DNA from: an uncultured Gammaproteobacteria bacterium
GTDB taxonomy: Bacteria; Patescibacteriota; Microgenomatia; Daviesbacterales; UBA10151
Direction: 5' to 3'
Assembly (NCBI GenBank): GCA_964625535.1
Contig: CAZVEX010000002.1
Coordinates: 85,559 to 149,558 of the forward strand
Length of the DNA: 64,000 nt
The notes under the pieces were generated by a model that made no database searches, was not told the DNA's origin, and was given only the letters and a program-made list of their open reading frames with translations. This document shows, piece by piece, positions 19,139-29,403 of the stretch (position 1 is the first letter of the stretch; every line of letters begins with the position of its first letter). The position numbers were made by a program, and so were the translations under genes.

Positions 19139-19834
19139 TTAGGGTATATTTACTACCGCAGAGCAGTTACTAGGATCAGTCAGGATGTCACCTAGACCTT
19201 GTCCTCCATCACAAATATCCGTTCCTGTCCCATCTCCGCCGAATTCCGGTCCAGCTGTCAAAGTATCATTACCTTCTCCACCATTGATGGTGTCTTCATT
19301 AGTGGTGGCCGGATCAAAATCACCAGCTCCACCTTGTACAATATCGTTGCCTGTTTCTCCATAAAGGGTATCAAGACCTTCATTCCCATCTAAATTATCA
19401 TTATTATTTCCGCCGTAGAGTGTATCATTACCACCTCGACCGGCCAAAATATCATTACCATTCTCTCCGTACAAGATATCATTACCATCTCCTCCGAGTA
19501 AGTTGTCATCATCATTTCCGCCGTACATGGTATCATTGCCTGCCTCACCCATCGCGCTGACAAGAGAATCTTTCCCATCCTGGCCGTAAAGGGTATCACT
19601 GCCGATACCTCCACAAATTAAATCATCGCCTTTACCACCCCAAATAATATCATTTCCGCCCAAACCCGCAATTACATCATTACCATCTGTCCCCACGATG
19701 ACGTCGTTCCCTTCAGTTCCTGCGATAGTAGCGGTTTGACCGACACAGGTAACTGAAGCGCTCACAGGTCCTTGGAAAAAGTATGCCACTATTCCCAAAA
19801 GGAGCAATGCTACAAATATGATTATCTTTTTCAT
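19139..19834 (-). CDS. Secreted RTX-type calcium-binding beta-roll repeat protein
   Basis: Signal peptide followed by about 15 tandem nonapeptide GGxGxDxL/I-type repeats (GNDVIVGTDGNDVIAGLGGNDIIWGGKGDD...). Confidence 0.6.
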   Translation of the reverse strand: MKKIIIFVALLLLGIVAYFFQGPVSASVTCVGQTATIAGTEGNDVIVGTDGNDVIAGLGGNDIIWGGKGDDLICGGIGSDTLYGQDGKDSLVSAMGEAGNDTMYGGNDDDNLLGGDGNDILYGENGNDILAGRGGNDTLYGGNNNDNLDGNEGLDTLYGETGNDIVQGGAGDFDPATTNEDTINGGEGNDTLTAGPEFGGDGTGTDICDGGQGLGDILTDPSNCSAVVNIP

Positions 19835-19891
19835 TTATTTCCACCTCCCTTCTTTGTTTCTCATAGTAATTTTTATAGTAATACTTGTCAA
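19835..19891 (-). promoter_or_regulatory. Promoter and SD for the RTX-repeat gene
   Basis: Minus strand: TTGACA (19886-19891), a 17-nt spacer, TACTAT, and SD AAGGGAGGTGG ending 7 nt before the ATG. Confidence 0.45.
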
Positions 19892-19894
19892 GAC

Positions 19895-21358
19895 CTAAAT
19901 CACCCTAAAGCTTTCCACCCTATCTCCAATTTGAAAATCTACAGGTGGATCAAAGAGCATGCCGCAATCCGAACCTTTTTCCACTTTAGTTACTTCTTCC
20001 TTAACTTTTTTCAAGGACTTAATTTTGGTTTCACCAATTACTTCCCCATCCCGCACGACTCTAATCCTTTGTCCTTTAGCAATACTTCCCTCTGTCATCC
20101 TGCATCCGGCAATTTTTTCATCCTTGCCGTGTGGAAACTCTGCAATGATATTAGCTTTACCCAAAACTTCTTCCAGTTGTCCCACTTCCAGCAAAGTATT
20201 AACCACCTCTTCCACGTCCTGTAAAAGCTCATAAATAATATTGTATGTTCTTATTAAAATGTGTTCATGCTCTGCCATTTTTTGCGCGGTCGGCGCAACT
20301 TTGACATTAAATCCAATCACAATTGCCCCCACAGAGGTAGCAAGTTTGATATTCTCCTCACCAATATCTCCTGTGGCAGAAAAAATAACATCAACAACTT
20401 TGCGCTCCAAGTTATATTTTTCCAAAGAAGCTTCAATCGCTTCCAGCGATCCTTGCTTATCAGCCTTAATAATTACTTTAAGAGTTTTTGCATCTCCCAT
20501 CTTTAGCTTATCAACTAATGATTTTACCTCTGATTCTTTGACACTTTGACTCTCTGACTCTTCACCTAGCACTGCTCCTACTTCAGGCACAGTTTCCAAT
20601 CCCAAAACCTCCACAGGCATGGATGGACCAGCAGCATCTAGCACCTTACCATTAAAATCAAACATTCCCCTAATCTTGCTTTTTACCCCACCCAAAATGA
20701 TTTGATCGCCTTTTTTCAAAGTCCCATTCCTAACCAGTAATGTGGCAATCGGCCCTTTAAATTTATCTAAATTAGCTTCAATTACCACTCCTGAAGGTAA
20801 GATATCTGGATCGCCTTTTAGCTCATGCATTTCCGCCACCAGTAAAATCAAATCCAGCAGTTTATCAACACCTTCGCCGGTTTTGGCCGACAAAGCAACA
20901 ACAGGAACATCTCCACCATATTCCTCCGCTAAAATATCTCTATCGGAAAGCTGTTTTTTGATTTTTTCCAGTTGTATCTTAATATTTACTCCCGGCAGAT
21001 CTATTTTATTGACTGCCACAATAAGAGGAATCCGCCGGCTGGCGGACTGATCCTGAATATGTTTGATGGCCTCAACTGTTTGAGGCATGATCCCATCATC
21101 AATGGCCACTACCAAAATAGCTATGTCTGCAACTTGAGCTCCTCGGGAGCGCATTTTTTCAAAAGCTGCATGTCCGGGAGTATCAATAAAAGTTATTAGT
21201 TTTGAGTTATTAGTTATTTGATATGCACCTATGTGTTGGGTAATGCCACCGTGTTCTTTAGAAGCTACGGAAGATTTTCGGATAAAATCAAGCAGTGTTG
21301 TTTTACCGTGGTCTACATGTCCAAGTATTGTTACTATTGGTGGTCGTGTTTGTTTCAT
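19895..21358 (-). CDS. infB: Translation initiation factor IF-2, short form beginning at the G domain
   Basis: G1 [13 protein letters not shown]3 DTPGH, NKID, followed by domain II and the C1/C2 domains. Length 487 aa. Confidence 0.9.
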   Translation of the reverse strand: MKQTRPPIVTILGHVDHGKTTLLDFIRKSSVASKEHGGITQHIGAYQITNNSKLITFIDTPGHAAFEKMRSRGAQVADIAILVVAIDDGIMPQTVEAIKHIQDQSASRRIPLIVAVNKIDLPGVNIKIQLEKIKKQLSDRDILAEEYGGDVPVVALSAKTGEGVDKLLDLILLVAEMHELKGDPDILPSGVVIEANLDKFKGPIATLLVRNGTLKKGDQIILGGVKSKIRGMFDFNGKVLDAAGPSMPVEVLGLETVPEVGAVLGEESESQSVKESEVKSLVDKLKMGDAKTLKVIIKADKQGSLEAIEASLEKYNLERKVVDVIFSATGDIGEENIKLATSVGAIVIGFNVKVAPTAQKMAEHEHILIRTYNIIYELLQDVEEVVNTLLEVGQLEEVLGKANIIAEFPHGKDEKIAGCRMTEGSIAKGQRIRVVRDGEVIGETKIKSLKKVKEEVTKVEKGSDCGMLFDPPVDFQIGDRVESFRVI

Positions 21359-21387
21359 AAAAATTTTTTTGGCGAAAAACTTTCATA

Positions 21388-22437
21388 TTACTTAGGTTCT
21401 TCACCGGATTTTTCTTCTTCTTTTTGCTCTTGTGTCTCGTCACTAACTGCTTCTCCTTGAACATTTGACTCTTCCTCTGCTCCCACAATATCTATTTTCC
21501 AACCAGTCAGTTTGGCTGCCAGACGCACATTTTGTCCGCCTTTACCAATGGCCAAAGACAATTGATCTTGAGGCACAATCACCTTGGCCACCTGGTCTTT
21601 TTCATTCAAAACAACTTGTATATCTTTGGCAGGAGAAAGAGCTGATGCAATAAACCTGGCCGGATCATCGGAAAAAGAGATAATGTCAATCTTTTCCTCG
21701 CCCAACTCACCCATTACTGCCTGAACTCTGACTCCTTTTTGCCCAACCAGGCTGCCTACCGGATCTACGCCTTCCTGGGTTGAAATGGCGGCAATCTTGG
21801 TTCTAGCCCCTGCTTCCCTAGCGATCGCTCTTACTTCAACAGCGCCCGATTGAATCTCCGGCACCTCCAAAGCAAATAAAGCTGCCACCAGCTTGGGATC
21901 AGATCGCGAAACTACCACTTCCGACCCTCCTCTTGTTCCTTCCCTGATCTCTTTAACTAAAAGCTTTAAACGCTGGTTTTGATTATATAATTCTGTGCGA
22001 ATCTGTTCGGAAGGCGGGAGCACCCCTTCCGCTCTTCCCAAATCCACAAAATAGGTATTGCCTTCCTGTCGCGAAATCGCGCCGGATATAACAGTACCTA
22101 CTTTGCTCTCGTATTCCGTCAAAATGGCATCTCTTTCCGCCTCATTAAGCCGTTGCATAATTACCTGTTTGGCAATACTGGCGGCAATCCTAGCAAAACC
22201 TGGAGGTGTAACATCGCTATCATTATGAAAAATTTTGATTTCTCCGGTGATTTGATCAATCGAAGAAGTGTATTCTTCAAAATCTTCAGGCACAGGTTCG
22301 TTTCGGAGCGTCAAATCTTTTTTGTAAGCCGCTAAAGCTGCCTGACGGATAGCATCCAAAACCACTTCCGGATCTACCCCTTTTTCAGAGGCTATTTGAT
22401 TTAAAGCAGCTGCAAATTCTGTTCTAGCTTGTGCCAT
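21388..22437 (-). CDS. nusA: Transcription termination/antitermination factor NusA (no C-terminal AR repeats)
   Basis: N-terminal domain, an S1 domain and two KH domains ([21 protein letters not shown]). Confidence 0.9.
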   Translation of the reverse strand: MAQARTEFAAALNQIASEKGVDPEVVLDAIRQAALAAYKKDLTLRNEPVPEDFEEYTSSIDQITGEIKIFHNDSDVTPPGFARIAASIAKQVIMQRLNEAERDAILTEYESKVGTVISGAISRQEGNTYFVDLGRAEGVLPPSEQIRTELYNQNQRLKLLVKEIREGTRGGSEVVVSRSDPKLVAALFALEVPEIQSGAVEVRAIAREAGARTKIAAISTQEGVDPVGSLVGQKGVRVQAVMGELGEEKIDIISFSDDPARFIASALSPAKDIQVVLNEKDQVAKVIVPQDQLSLAIGKGGQNVRLAAKLTGWKIDIVGAEEESNVQGEAVSDETQEQKEEEKSGEEPK

Positions 22438-22443
22438 AATAGT

Positions 22444-22466
22444 AAAAAAGGTGGGACTAGCCCACC
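22444..22466 (-). terminator. Intrinsic-terminator-like hairpin directly upstream of the nusA start codon
   Basis: Minus-strand RNA: GGUGGG-cuagu-CCCACC followed by UUUUUU. The stem ends 7 nt before the nusA ATG, and no SD lies between them. Confidence 0.45.
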
Positions 22467-22604
22467 TTTCAGGTCCTTTGGATTATTAACCAGGAATATT
22501 TTAACTTTTTACTATCTTGAAGTCAAGCTTTCGGCTCCGGAGGTCTCCAACGAAGAACAGGATGTCTGGCTGCTTCTGCTTCATTTAATCTCCCAACCGG
22601 AGTA

Positions 22605-22895
22605 TTATGAGGAGCAGAATGTAATAAATCCGGATTCTCTTCTGCTTCCCTGGAACTGTAAACCCCGTGGTGGATCATTAGGAGTCTGCGGTAAGACAAT
22701 TGCCCCGGCCACTTTATTATTTTTTACAACTTCTTTAGAGTGTCTTCTGGCAGTTGCAGAAAAAAAGTAGATATTCAGGCCAGCATCTGTTGCAAACCAG
22801 ACAGAACAAACCCATGGCTGATTATCAACAGATGTAGCCAGCTGCATTAATTTTGCTTCCTTTAAATAATCTTTAATTAATTTTCTTAAATTCAC
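22605..22895 (-). CDS. Pyridoxamine 5'-phosphate oxidase-like FMN-binding protein (possibly C-terminally truncated)
   Basis: PNPOx/GSP26-like N-terminal half ([39 protein letters not shown]). At 96 aa it is shorter than typical family members. Confidence 0.45.
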   Translation of the reverse strand: MNLRKLIKDYLKEAKLMQLATSVDNQPWVCSVWFATDAGLNIYFFSATARRHSKEVVKNNKVAGAIVLPQTPNDPPRGLQFQGSRRESGFITFCSS

Positions 22896-23152
22896 AGGCT
22901 AATTATATACTAAACTACAAATTAATAATCAAATCTGATATAATGACAAATAATTTTCTATGGGCTAGGATATATAATTATGTTCCGTGTTGAAACTCAA
23001 ACAATTGATCCTGGTCAAATTAGTGTTTCTTTCCAAGTTATAAAGCCCACTCTTGTAGTGGCTGAATATTTGGAAGGAAGAAAATTAGGTGTAATAATCC
23101 AGACAGACCTGAACAAAGCAGAATCCACCTAGATCCTACGGGTCAAAAACTA

Positions 23153-23536
23153 TTGACCAGCATAACCTCAACCCCGGAATTTTTGGCAATGGTTCGCGCA
23201 TCCAGTGGCGGTCTTCGTTGGATGGATCTTAGACCTTGCGGGTGGGATGAAGATACAAAAGTTAGATTGCTAGCTGCCAGTACCATGATCGGTTACCATG
23301 AGCTTCTACATATATCATGTTTGTACAACAGCTTAAAAAATGCCTGTCCTCCAGACTCTAATGATAATTTTCGCCATTATCTGGAAAGAAGTTTGGAATT
23401 AGAAGTTATGGCAGAAGAAAGAAAAAATCAGGCAAAAGCACTTTTGGCCGGCCGGCCAATGCTCGCTATGCAAGAAGCAAAAACATTATTGCAAAAATTA
23501 TCTGATCAAATAATAGGTCAACAAAAACAACCTTAA
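23153..23536 (+). CDS. Hypothetical protein (TTG start)
   Basis: 127-aa ORF with no recognisable family. It is preceded by a 50-codon ORF at 22980-23132 in another frame. Confidence 0.3.
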   Translation: MTSITSTPEFLAMVRASSGGLRWMDLRPCGWDEDTKVRLLAASTMIGYHELLHISCLYNSLKNACPPDSNDNFRHYLERSLELEVMAEERKNQAKALLAGRPMLAMQEAKTLLQKLSDQIIGQQKQP

Positions 23537-24420
23537 AACCAGCCTTTTTTCTTACTACCCAGATTGTATAGTTCTTCATAAAGTTGTTTTTCCTGTTTAG
23601 AAGGGTTTTGGGGGACTTCCAGATTGACTCTCACATAGTGATCTCCGTGGCCACCATTTAATCTGGCAGCACCTTTGCCTTTAAGTTTTACCAGTGACCC
23701 GGGCTGGGTACCCGGGGGCACCTTCACTTTTACTTTTCCCTGCACAGTTGAAACTTCAAAGACATCCCCCAAAACCAGTTGGGGAATAGAAACTTTTATT
23801 TCCGAAAAAATATCCGCTCCTTCTCTAATAAATTCCGGGTGGCGGTTAACATGAAAAACAATATCCAGCTCATTAAAGCGCATTCTGGTACCATTATCTA
23901 CTCCAGCCGGAACCTTGATTTTCATTCTTTTTCTTTCTAATCTGCCTGATTGATTTCTTGATTCTATTTCCACTTCTTTGGTTACCCCTTTTATTGCTTC
24001 GTCAAAAGTTAAATTAAGTTGATAGGTTGGTCTTCTTCTCATTGCTTGCCCAAACCCACCGCCAAAAATCTGTTCAAACAGTTCAAACGGGTCTTCAAAA
24101 CCGCCAAAGTCGAATTGAATATTTGGGCTTTGGCCGGATGAGGACCAGCTATATTGCTGCCATCCACCTGCTCCACCGGGAAAACCTTGAGATCTGTCAA
24201 AAGCCGAATGGCCAAACTGGTCATAAGAAGACTTTTTTTGGGGATCGGATAAAACTTGGTATGCTTCGGAAATTTCCTTGAATTTTTCCGCTGCGCCAGC
24301 GGATTTATCTATGTCCGGATGGTGGGCCCGGGCCAGTTTTCTATAAGCAGACTTAATCTCCGCTTCACCGGCTCCTTTGGAAACCCCTAAAATATCGTAG
24401 TAATCTCTTTTTGTAGCCAT
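23533..24420 (-). CDS. dnaJ: DnaJ-family co-chaperone without the zinc-finger domain (CbpA-like type II)
   Basis: J domain with HPD (YRKLARAHHPD), a G/F-rich region and C-terminal domains I/III. There are no CxxCxGxG repeats. Confidence 0.8.
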   Translation of the reverse strand: MATKRDYYDILGVSKGAGEAEIKSAYRKLARAHHPDIDKSAGAAEKFKEISEAYQVLSDPQKKSSYDQFGHSAFDRSQGFPGGAGGWQQYSWSSSGQSPNIQFDFGGFEDPFELFEQIFGGGFGQAMRRRPTYQLNLTFDEAIKGVTKEVEIESRNQSGRLERKRMKIKVPAGVDNGTRMRFNELDIVFHVNRHPEFIREGADIFSEIKVSIPQLVLGDVFEVSTVQGKVKVKVPPGTQPGSLVKLKGKGAARLNGGHGDHYVRVNLEVPQNPSKQEKQLYEELYNLGSKKKGWF

Positions 24421-24423
24421 TCA

Positions 24424-26313
24424 TTATTCTTTCTTTCCCTCTTCTACCACTTCACCCTCCACAGCTTCCTCTGTTCTAGGTGCTTCTTCAGTTTTTTCTT
24501 CTTTTTGCTCTCCTGTACCCTGCTTCTCATACATGGCTGCTCCTACTTTTTGCAAAGCTTCAGAAAGTGCTTCCATTTTGGGTTTTAGATCTTCCACCGA
24601 GGCAGTTTGAATTACTCCTTTTAGATCAGACAATTTTTGCTCAACATCAGTTCTAACTTCACTTGATACTTTATCACCGGCCTCTTTCAAACTTCTCTCT
24701 GCCGTATAAACCAAAGTGTCTGCCTGATTTTTAATGTCAATTTCTTCTTTTCTTTTTTTATCTTCTTCGGCATGAGCTTCTGCCTCCTTAGTCATCTTTT
24801 CCACTTCCTCTTTATTTAATCCAGTGGAGCCGGTAATGGTAATTTTCTGCTCTTTGTTCGTAGCTTTATCTTTGGCAGAAACATTCAAAATTCCATTGGC
24901 ATCAATGTCGAAAGTAACCTCCACTTGAGGCACGCCCCGGGGTGCCGGCGGGATTCCATCCAAAATAAATCTGCCCAAACTTTTATTATCAGTTGCCATT
25001 TCCCGCTCCCCTTGCAACACATTAATTTCCACCGAGGTCTGGTTATCAGCCGCAGTTGAGAAAATTTCCGATTTGGAAGACGGGATAGTGGTATTTCTGG
25101 TAATAAGCGGGGTTCTCACTCCACCCAAAGTCTCAATGCCCAAAGTTAAGGGAGTTACATCCAAAAGTAACACATCCTTAACTTCTCCTCCCAATACTCC
25201 GCCCTGGATGGCAGCCCCAACAGCTACCACCTCATCGGGATTAATACCTTTGTGAGGCTCCTTACCAAAAAACTCTTGCACTGCCTTTTGCACTGCCGGC
25301 ATTCTGGTCATTCCACCCACCAACACCACCTCATCCACTTTACTCGCTTCTATTTTGGCATCTTTTAAAGCTAATTTGACTGCATCAAAAGTTTTATCAA
25401 TTAAAGGTTTAACCATCCCCTCCAGCTTGGCCCGGGACAGTTTCATTTCCAAATGCTTGGGGCCGGCGGAGTCAGCTGTCACAAAGGGGATGGAAATTTC
25501 CGCTTCCTGTGTGGAGGATAGTTCGATCTTGGCTTTTTCCGCGCCGTCACGAAGCCTTTGCAAGGCTTGCCTGTCGCCTTTTAGATCAATTCCTTGTTCT
25601 TTTTTAAAATCTTCTGCCAAATGATCCAAAATCACTTGGTCAAAATCATCCCCACCCAGGTGTGTATCGCCGTTGGTACTTTTCACCTCAATTACCCCGT
25701 CTCCCAACTCCAAAATGGAAATATCAAAAGTGCCTCCACCAAGATCATAAACAGCAATGGTATGGGCATGAGATTTATCCAAACCATAAGCTAAAGCAGC
25801 TGCGGTTGGTTCATTAATAATTCTTTGGACATTCAAGCCGGCAATTTCTCCGGCTTGTTTGGTAGCCTGCCTTTGGCTATCATCAAAATAAGCAGGAACG
25901 GTAATAACAGCATCTGTCACTTTTTCGCCCAAATAACCCTCGGCATCGGCCTTGATTTTTTGTAAAATCTGGGCGGAAATTTCTTGAGGGGTGTATTCAT
26001 GACCTTCCACTTCCACCACGGCCATGCCTTCCCGGCCTTCCTTAATATTGTAAGGAAGCCATTTGATATCCCTTTGCACCTCCGGGTCTTTGAATTTCCT
26101 ACCCATTAGCCTTTTGATGGAAAAAATGGTTTCTTTAGGGTTGACCACAGCTTGACGCTTGGCTACACGGCCAACCACATTTTTGAGCGGATTAACCACC
26201 GAAGGGATAATGTTTTCCCCCTCGCTGGAATGGATGACTTTGGGTTTTCCTCCCTCCATCACTGCCACCACACTATTAGTTGTCCCTAAATCAATTCCCA
26301 CAATCTTAGCCAT
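24424..26313 (-). CDS. dnaK: Molecular chaperone DnaK (Hsp70)
   Basis: [16 protein letters not shown], the substrate-binding domain and a charged C-terminal tail. Confidence 0.95.
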   Translation of the reverse strand: MAKIVGIDLGTTNSVVAVMEGGKPKVIHSSEGENIIPSVVNPLKNVVGRVAKRQAVVNPKETIFSIKRLMGRKFKDPEVQRDIKWLPYNIKEGREGMAVVEVEGHEYTPQEISAQILQKIKADAEGYLGEKVTDAVITVPAYFDDSQRQATKQAGEIAGLNVQRIINEPTAAALAYGLDKSHAHTIAVYDLGGGTFDISILELGDGVIEVKSTNGDTHLGGDDFDQVILDHLAEDFKKEQGIDLKGDRQALQRLRDGAEKAKIELSSTQEAEISIPFVTADSAGPKHLEMKLSRAKLEGMVKPLIDKTFDAVKLALKDAKIEASKVDEVVLVGGMTRMPAVQKAVQEFFGKEPHKGINPDEVVAVGAAIQGGVLGGEVKDVLLLDVTPLTLGIETLGGVRTPLITRNTTIPSSKSEIFSTAADNQTSVEINVLQGEREMATDNKSLGRFILDGIPPAPRGVPQVEVTFDIDANGILNVSAKDKATNKEQKITITGSTGLNKEEVEKMTKEAEAHAEEDKKRKEEIDIKNQADTLVYTAERSLKEAGDKVSSEVRTDVEQKLSDLKGVIQTASVEDLKPKMEALSEALQKVGAAMYEKQGTGEQKEEKTEEAPRTEEAVEGEVVEEGKKE

Positions 26314-26314
26314 A

Positions 26315-26809
26315 TTATGCGTAATCTCCTGTTTCTACTGTTTTTTCTAACTGTTCTTCTGTCTCTTTTTCCAGCTGTTTTCTACCTACCACCACTTGGG
26401 CAGGTCGCAGGACCTTCCCGTTTAAAGTATACCCTTTTCTTACCACCTCTATTATTTTATTATCCTCACCAACTCTGGTGTCAACCGCCTCATGCAAGGT
26501 TGGGTCAAATCCACCGTCTGCTTGGATCTCACCCAGTCCTTCAGATTGTAACACCTGATTTAATTCCTTAACAGCCAACTCCACTCCCTTAAACCATCCT
26601 GATTCTTTTTCCAGTTCTGACGCGCTAGATAAAGCCCTTTCCAAATGATCCAAAACCGGCAGCAATCTTTTAATAAGTTCCGCTCCCATAAAATTAGTCA
26701 GCTCTGACCGCCCCTCCTGCACTCTTTTTTCCAGATTCTGATAATCAGCCACAGCCCGCTTAAGCTGATTTTCTAATTCCCGTACTTTTGTTTCTTGTTT
26801 CTTTACCAT
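26315..26809 (-). CDS. grpE: Nucleotide exchange factor GrpE
   Basis: Coiled-coil N-terminus with a GrpE C-terminal beta domain. It sits in the hrcA-grpE-dnaK-dnaJ gene order. Confidence 0.85.
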   Translation of the reverse strand: MVKKQETKVRELENQLKRAVADYQNLEKRVQEGRSELTNFMGAELIKRLLPVLDHLERALSSASELEKESGWFKGVELAVKELNQVLQSEGLGEIQADGGFDPTLHEAVDTRVGEDNKIIEVVRKGYTLNGKVLRPAQVVVGRKQLEKETEEQLEKTVETGDYA

Positions 26810-26814
26810 AATTT

Positions 26815-27540
26815 TTATATTCTTCCTGCTTCATACAGTAAATTCTTAACATACCTGACATAAGGAATAACCAAGGGAAAATTCATCCGCGCCGGCCCGA
26901 TGACCCCAATCACCCCTTCTTTTGGCCCTATCTCATATCTGGTAAAAACAAATCCCGTGGGTCTCAAATTTTCAAACTCCAGCTCATCTCCAAACAAAAC
27001 GTGCATAGGGTCAACTCCTTTGGCTTTTCCCAAAATCTCCTGCAAAGTGGGTAGCTCGTCAAACAAGCTTAAGACAAAGCGGGTCACATCAATGTCATAA
27101 AACTCCGGCCAATCCAAAATATTGGCCGCCCCCGCATAAAAAATTTGGCCCTCATCGTCCAATGCCAAACCCAGCATGTCACATCTCTGGGCCAGGGATT
27201 TAACCGCCTCCCTAAGTAGCTTCTCTCTTTGCAATCTTTGTTCCCACAATTTTTCCTTGATGGAAACTTCAGCTGCCACGGACAGCTGCTTTTCCTTCAT
27301 CAGTTCCTGAATATAAAGCCTAAAACCCATGGAAGTAGGCACCCGGCCGGCAGAGGTGTGAGGTTGTTTTAAATAACCCAACTCTGTTAAATGCACCATC
27401 TCATTTCTGATGGTGGCAGGGGATACCCCCAAGTTATATTTTCTATCAACCACTTCCGAGCCAACCGGTTCGGCAGAATCAATGTATTCTTCAATAACTG
27501 CTTTTAAAAGTGCTTTTTGTCTATCAGTTAAATCTGACAT
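26815..27540 (-). CDS. hrcA: Heat-inducible transcription repressor HrcA
   Basis: N-terminal winged helix (RQKALLKAVIEEYIDSAEPVGSE) followed by the HrcA C-domain. It is the first gene of the dnaK operon. Confidence 0.85.
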   Translation of the reverse strand: MSDLTDRQKALLKAVIEEYIDSAEPVGSEVVDRKYNLGVSPATIRNEMVHLTELGYLKQPHTSAGRVPTSMGFRLYIQELMKEKQLSVAAEVSIKEKLWEQRLQREKLLREAVKSLAQRCDMLGLALDDEGQIFYAGAANILDWPEFYDIDVTRFVLSLFDELPTLQEILGKAKGVDPMHVLFGDELEFENLRPTGFVFTRYEIGPKEGVIGVIGPARMNFPLVIPYVRYVKNLLYEAGRI

Positions 27541-27567
27541 TTGGCACTATGCTATCATGACTGCTAA
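27541..27567 (-). promoter_or_regulatory. CIRCE-like HrcA operator upstream of hrcA
   Basis: In gene orientation: TTAGCAGTC-N9-TAGTGCCAA, against the consensus TTAGCACTC-N9-GAGTGCTAA. It overlaps the putative promoter (TTGACA at about 27572-27577) and abuts the hrcA ATG. Confidence 0.65.
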
Positions 27568-27583
27568 CTTTTGTCAATACCCT

Positions 27584-28822
27584 TCAAACTGCCAATTCTT
27601 TACCTTGGTACTTTCGCAAACTTTTGCTTCGCCAGGCCACTAAAGCAGTAATCACCACTGTTCCTACCCCACCTACCACCACTGACGCTGGTCCACCAAT
27701 GGCCTTGGCCAAAAATCCGGCCTCAATTTCCCCCAGCTGTGGCCCGCCCTGAAAAAAAATTCTCATCACCGACACCATTCTGCCGCGAAGGTAATCTGGC
27801 GTCACCATTTGCCTGATGGTATTTCTGATAATTGTTGATGACATATCCCCAAAACCGACCAATATTAAGAACAATAGAGAAATTGGTAACGATTTAGACA
27901 AACCAAATCCGATTGTTGATAAGCCATATAAAATCACCGCAGCGATAATTACCCTGCCTTGAGCTTTTATTCTATGAATAAACGACATCAACACTCCTGC
28001 CAAGACGCCTCCTATGGCCGGCGCCGAATATAACAAGCCCAAACCAGAAGGACCAACATGCAATACATCCTGGGCAAAAATCGGCATTAAAATTGTGGCT
28101 GTCCCAAAAAAAGTGGCCAAAAAATCCAAAGCCATGGTGGTATAAAGAATAGGTGTTTTAAATACAAATTTAACTCCTTCTAAAATTGACATGAGGGAAA
28201 AAGATACATCTTTCTTTTCTACGTGCAGCGGCACATTGATATAAAAGACGGTGATTATAAAAACTAAAAAGGAAAGCGCATTAAAAAGATAAACAAGGGA
28301 TACTCCGGCGGTGGCGATTAAAATCCCGGCAATGGCGGGACCTATCATGGTGGCTGATTGAAATTGCAAAGTATGAAGAGATACCGCATTCATAAAATAT
28401 GCCTTGGGTACCAGGTTGGGTAAAACTGCTGCTCTGGCCGGAACTGAAAATGATTGGGCCGTGGCCACCAAAATCAAAATTAAATAAATCAGCCAGGGAT
28501 TTATCTGGTGAGACCAGGTCAGTGCAAAAAGGATAAAAGCCAAAATCATCTGCATCATCAGACTTAATATCAAAAGCTTCCTTCTGTCTACTTTATCTGC
28601 CAAAAGTCCACCAAATAATGAAAAAATAATAATTGGCAAAAGATTGGCAACTCCAATAAATCCCAAAAATGCGGGATTGCGGGTTATTTCATAGATCTGC
28701 CAAGCCACAGCCACCACCTGCATCTGGTTGCCGATTTCAGAGATTAATGATCCCAAAAGGTAGTTTCTAAAATGCCCTACCTTGAGGGCTAAAAATGGTG
28801 ATATTTTTGCCGGCATAAACAA
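27584..28822 (-). CDS. MFS transporter
   Basis: Twelve predicted transmembrane helices and an MFS-like loop (DKVDRRKLL). Confidence 0.7.
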   Translation of the reverse strand: MFMPAKISPFLALKVGHFRNYLLGSLISEIGNQMQVVAVAWQIYEITRNPAFLGFIGVANLLPIIIFSLFGGLLADKVDRRKLLILSLMMQMILAFILFALTWSHQINPWLIYLILILVATAQSFSVPARAAVLPNLVPKAYFMNAVSLHTLQFQSATMIGPAIAGILIATAGVSLVYLFNALSFLVFIITVFYINVPLHVEKKDVSFSLMSILEGVKFVFKTPILYTTMALDFLATFFGTATILMPIFAQDVLHVGPSGLGLLYSAPAIGGVLAGVLMSFIHRIKAQGRVIIAAVILYGLSTIGFGLSKSLPISLLFLILVGFGDMSSTIIRNTIRQMVTPDYLRGRMVSVMRIFFQGGPQLGEIEAGFLAKAIGGPASVVVGGVGTVVITALVAWRSKSLRKYQGKELAV

Positions 28823-28854
28823 TTAGTATACGAAAAATTTGTTATACTTGCAGC

Positions 28855-29403
28855 ATGAGTATAATTGATAGAAAGATTTATATTGTCGGATCAGCCGGCA
28901 GCGGTAAGACTACCCTGGCTAACTTAATATCCGAGAGGTTCGGCTACCCCCACTTTGATCTGGATGACATTGCCTATCCACATCAAAAAGTCCAACCGAT
29001 GGACAAAAGGCTCGAAGCTATTACGAAGCTAGCTCAAAAAAAACAGTGGGCGGCTGAAGGCATATATGTCAGTTGGGTGGAAGATTTATTTAAAGAGGCA
29101 GATAAAATTATCTGGCTGGACTTACCCTTATGGCTAACGCTTTTTAGAATTACCAAAAGATTTATTATAAATAAACTTACGGGCAAAGATCCCCATGGAT
29201 TTAAGGCTTTTTTAAGGTTGGCCAGGGGGTTAATCCATTATCACTACCCTAATCCTGCTTATGAATCAGATAAAACCGGTGAATATGTAACTCAAGAAAA
29301 AATCAAAAATGCCCTGAAACCTTACCCGGAGAAAGTTATCAGAGTCAAAAACAACCATCAGCTGGAGAAATTTGTAAATTCCCTATCTAACAGCTCCTTC
29401 TGA
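28855..29403 (+). CDS. P-loop NTPase, adenylate-kinase/FlaR-like (topology modulation protein family)
   Basis: Walker A IYIVGSAGSGKTTLAN and a FlaR-like HFDLDDI motif. Confidence 0.55.
   Translation: MSIIDRKIYIVGSAGSGKTTLANLISERFGYPHFDLDDIAYPHQKVQPMDKRLEAITKLAQKKQWAAEGIYVSWVEDLFKEADKIIWLDLPLWLTLFRITKRFIINKLTGKDPHGFKAFLRLARGLIHYHYPNPAYESDKTGEYVTQEKIKNALKPYPEKVIRVKNNHQLEKFVNSLSNSSF

Noticed and set aside
22429-22770. 113-aa plus-strand ORF spanning the nusA upstream region
   Set aside because: It overlaps the PNPOx-like gene and the nusA leader hairpin antisense and has a low-complexity composition. It is unlikely to be coding.
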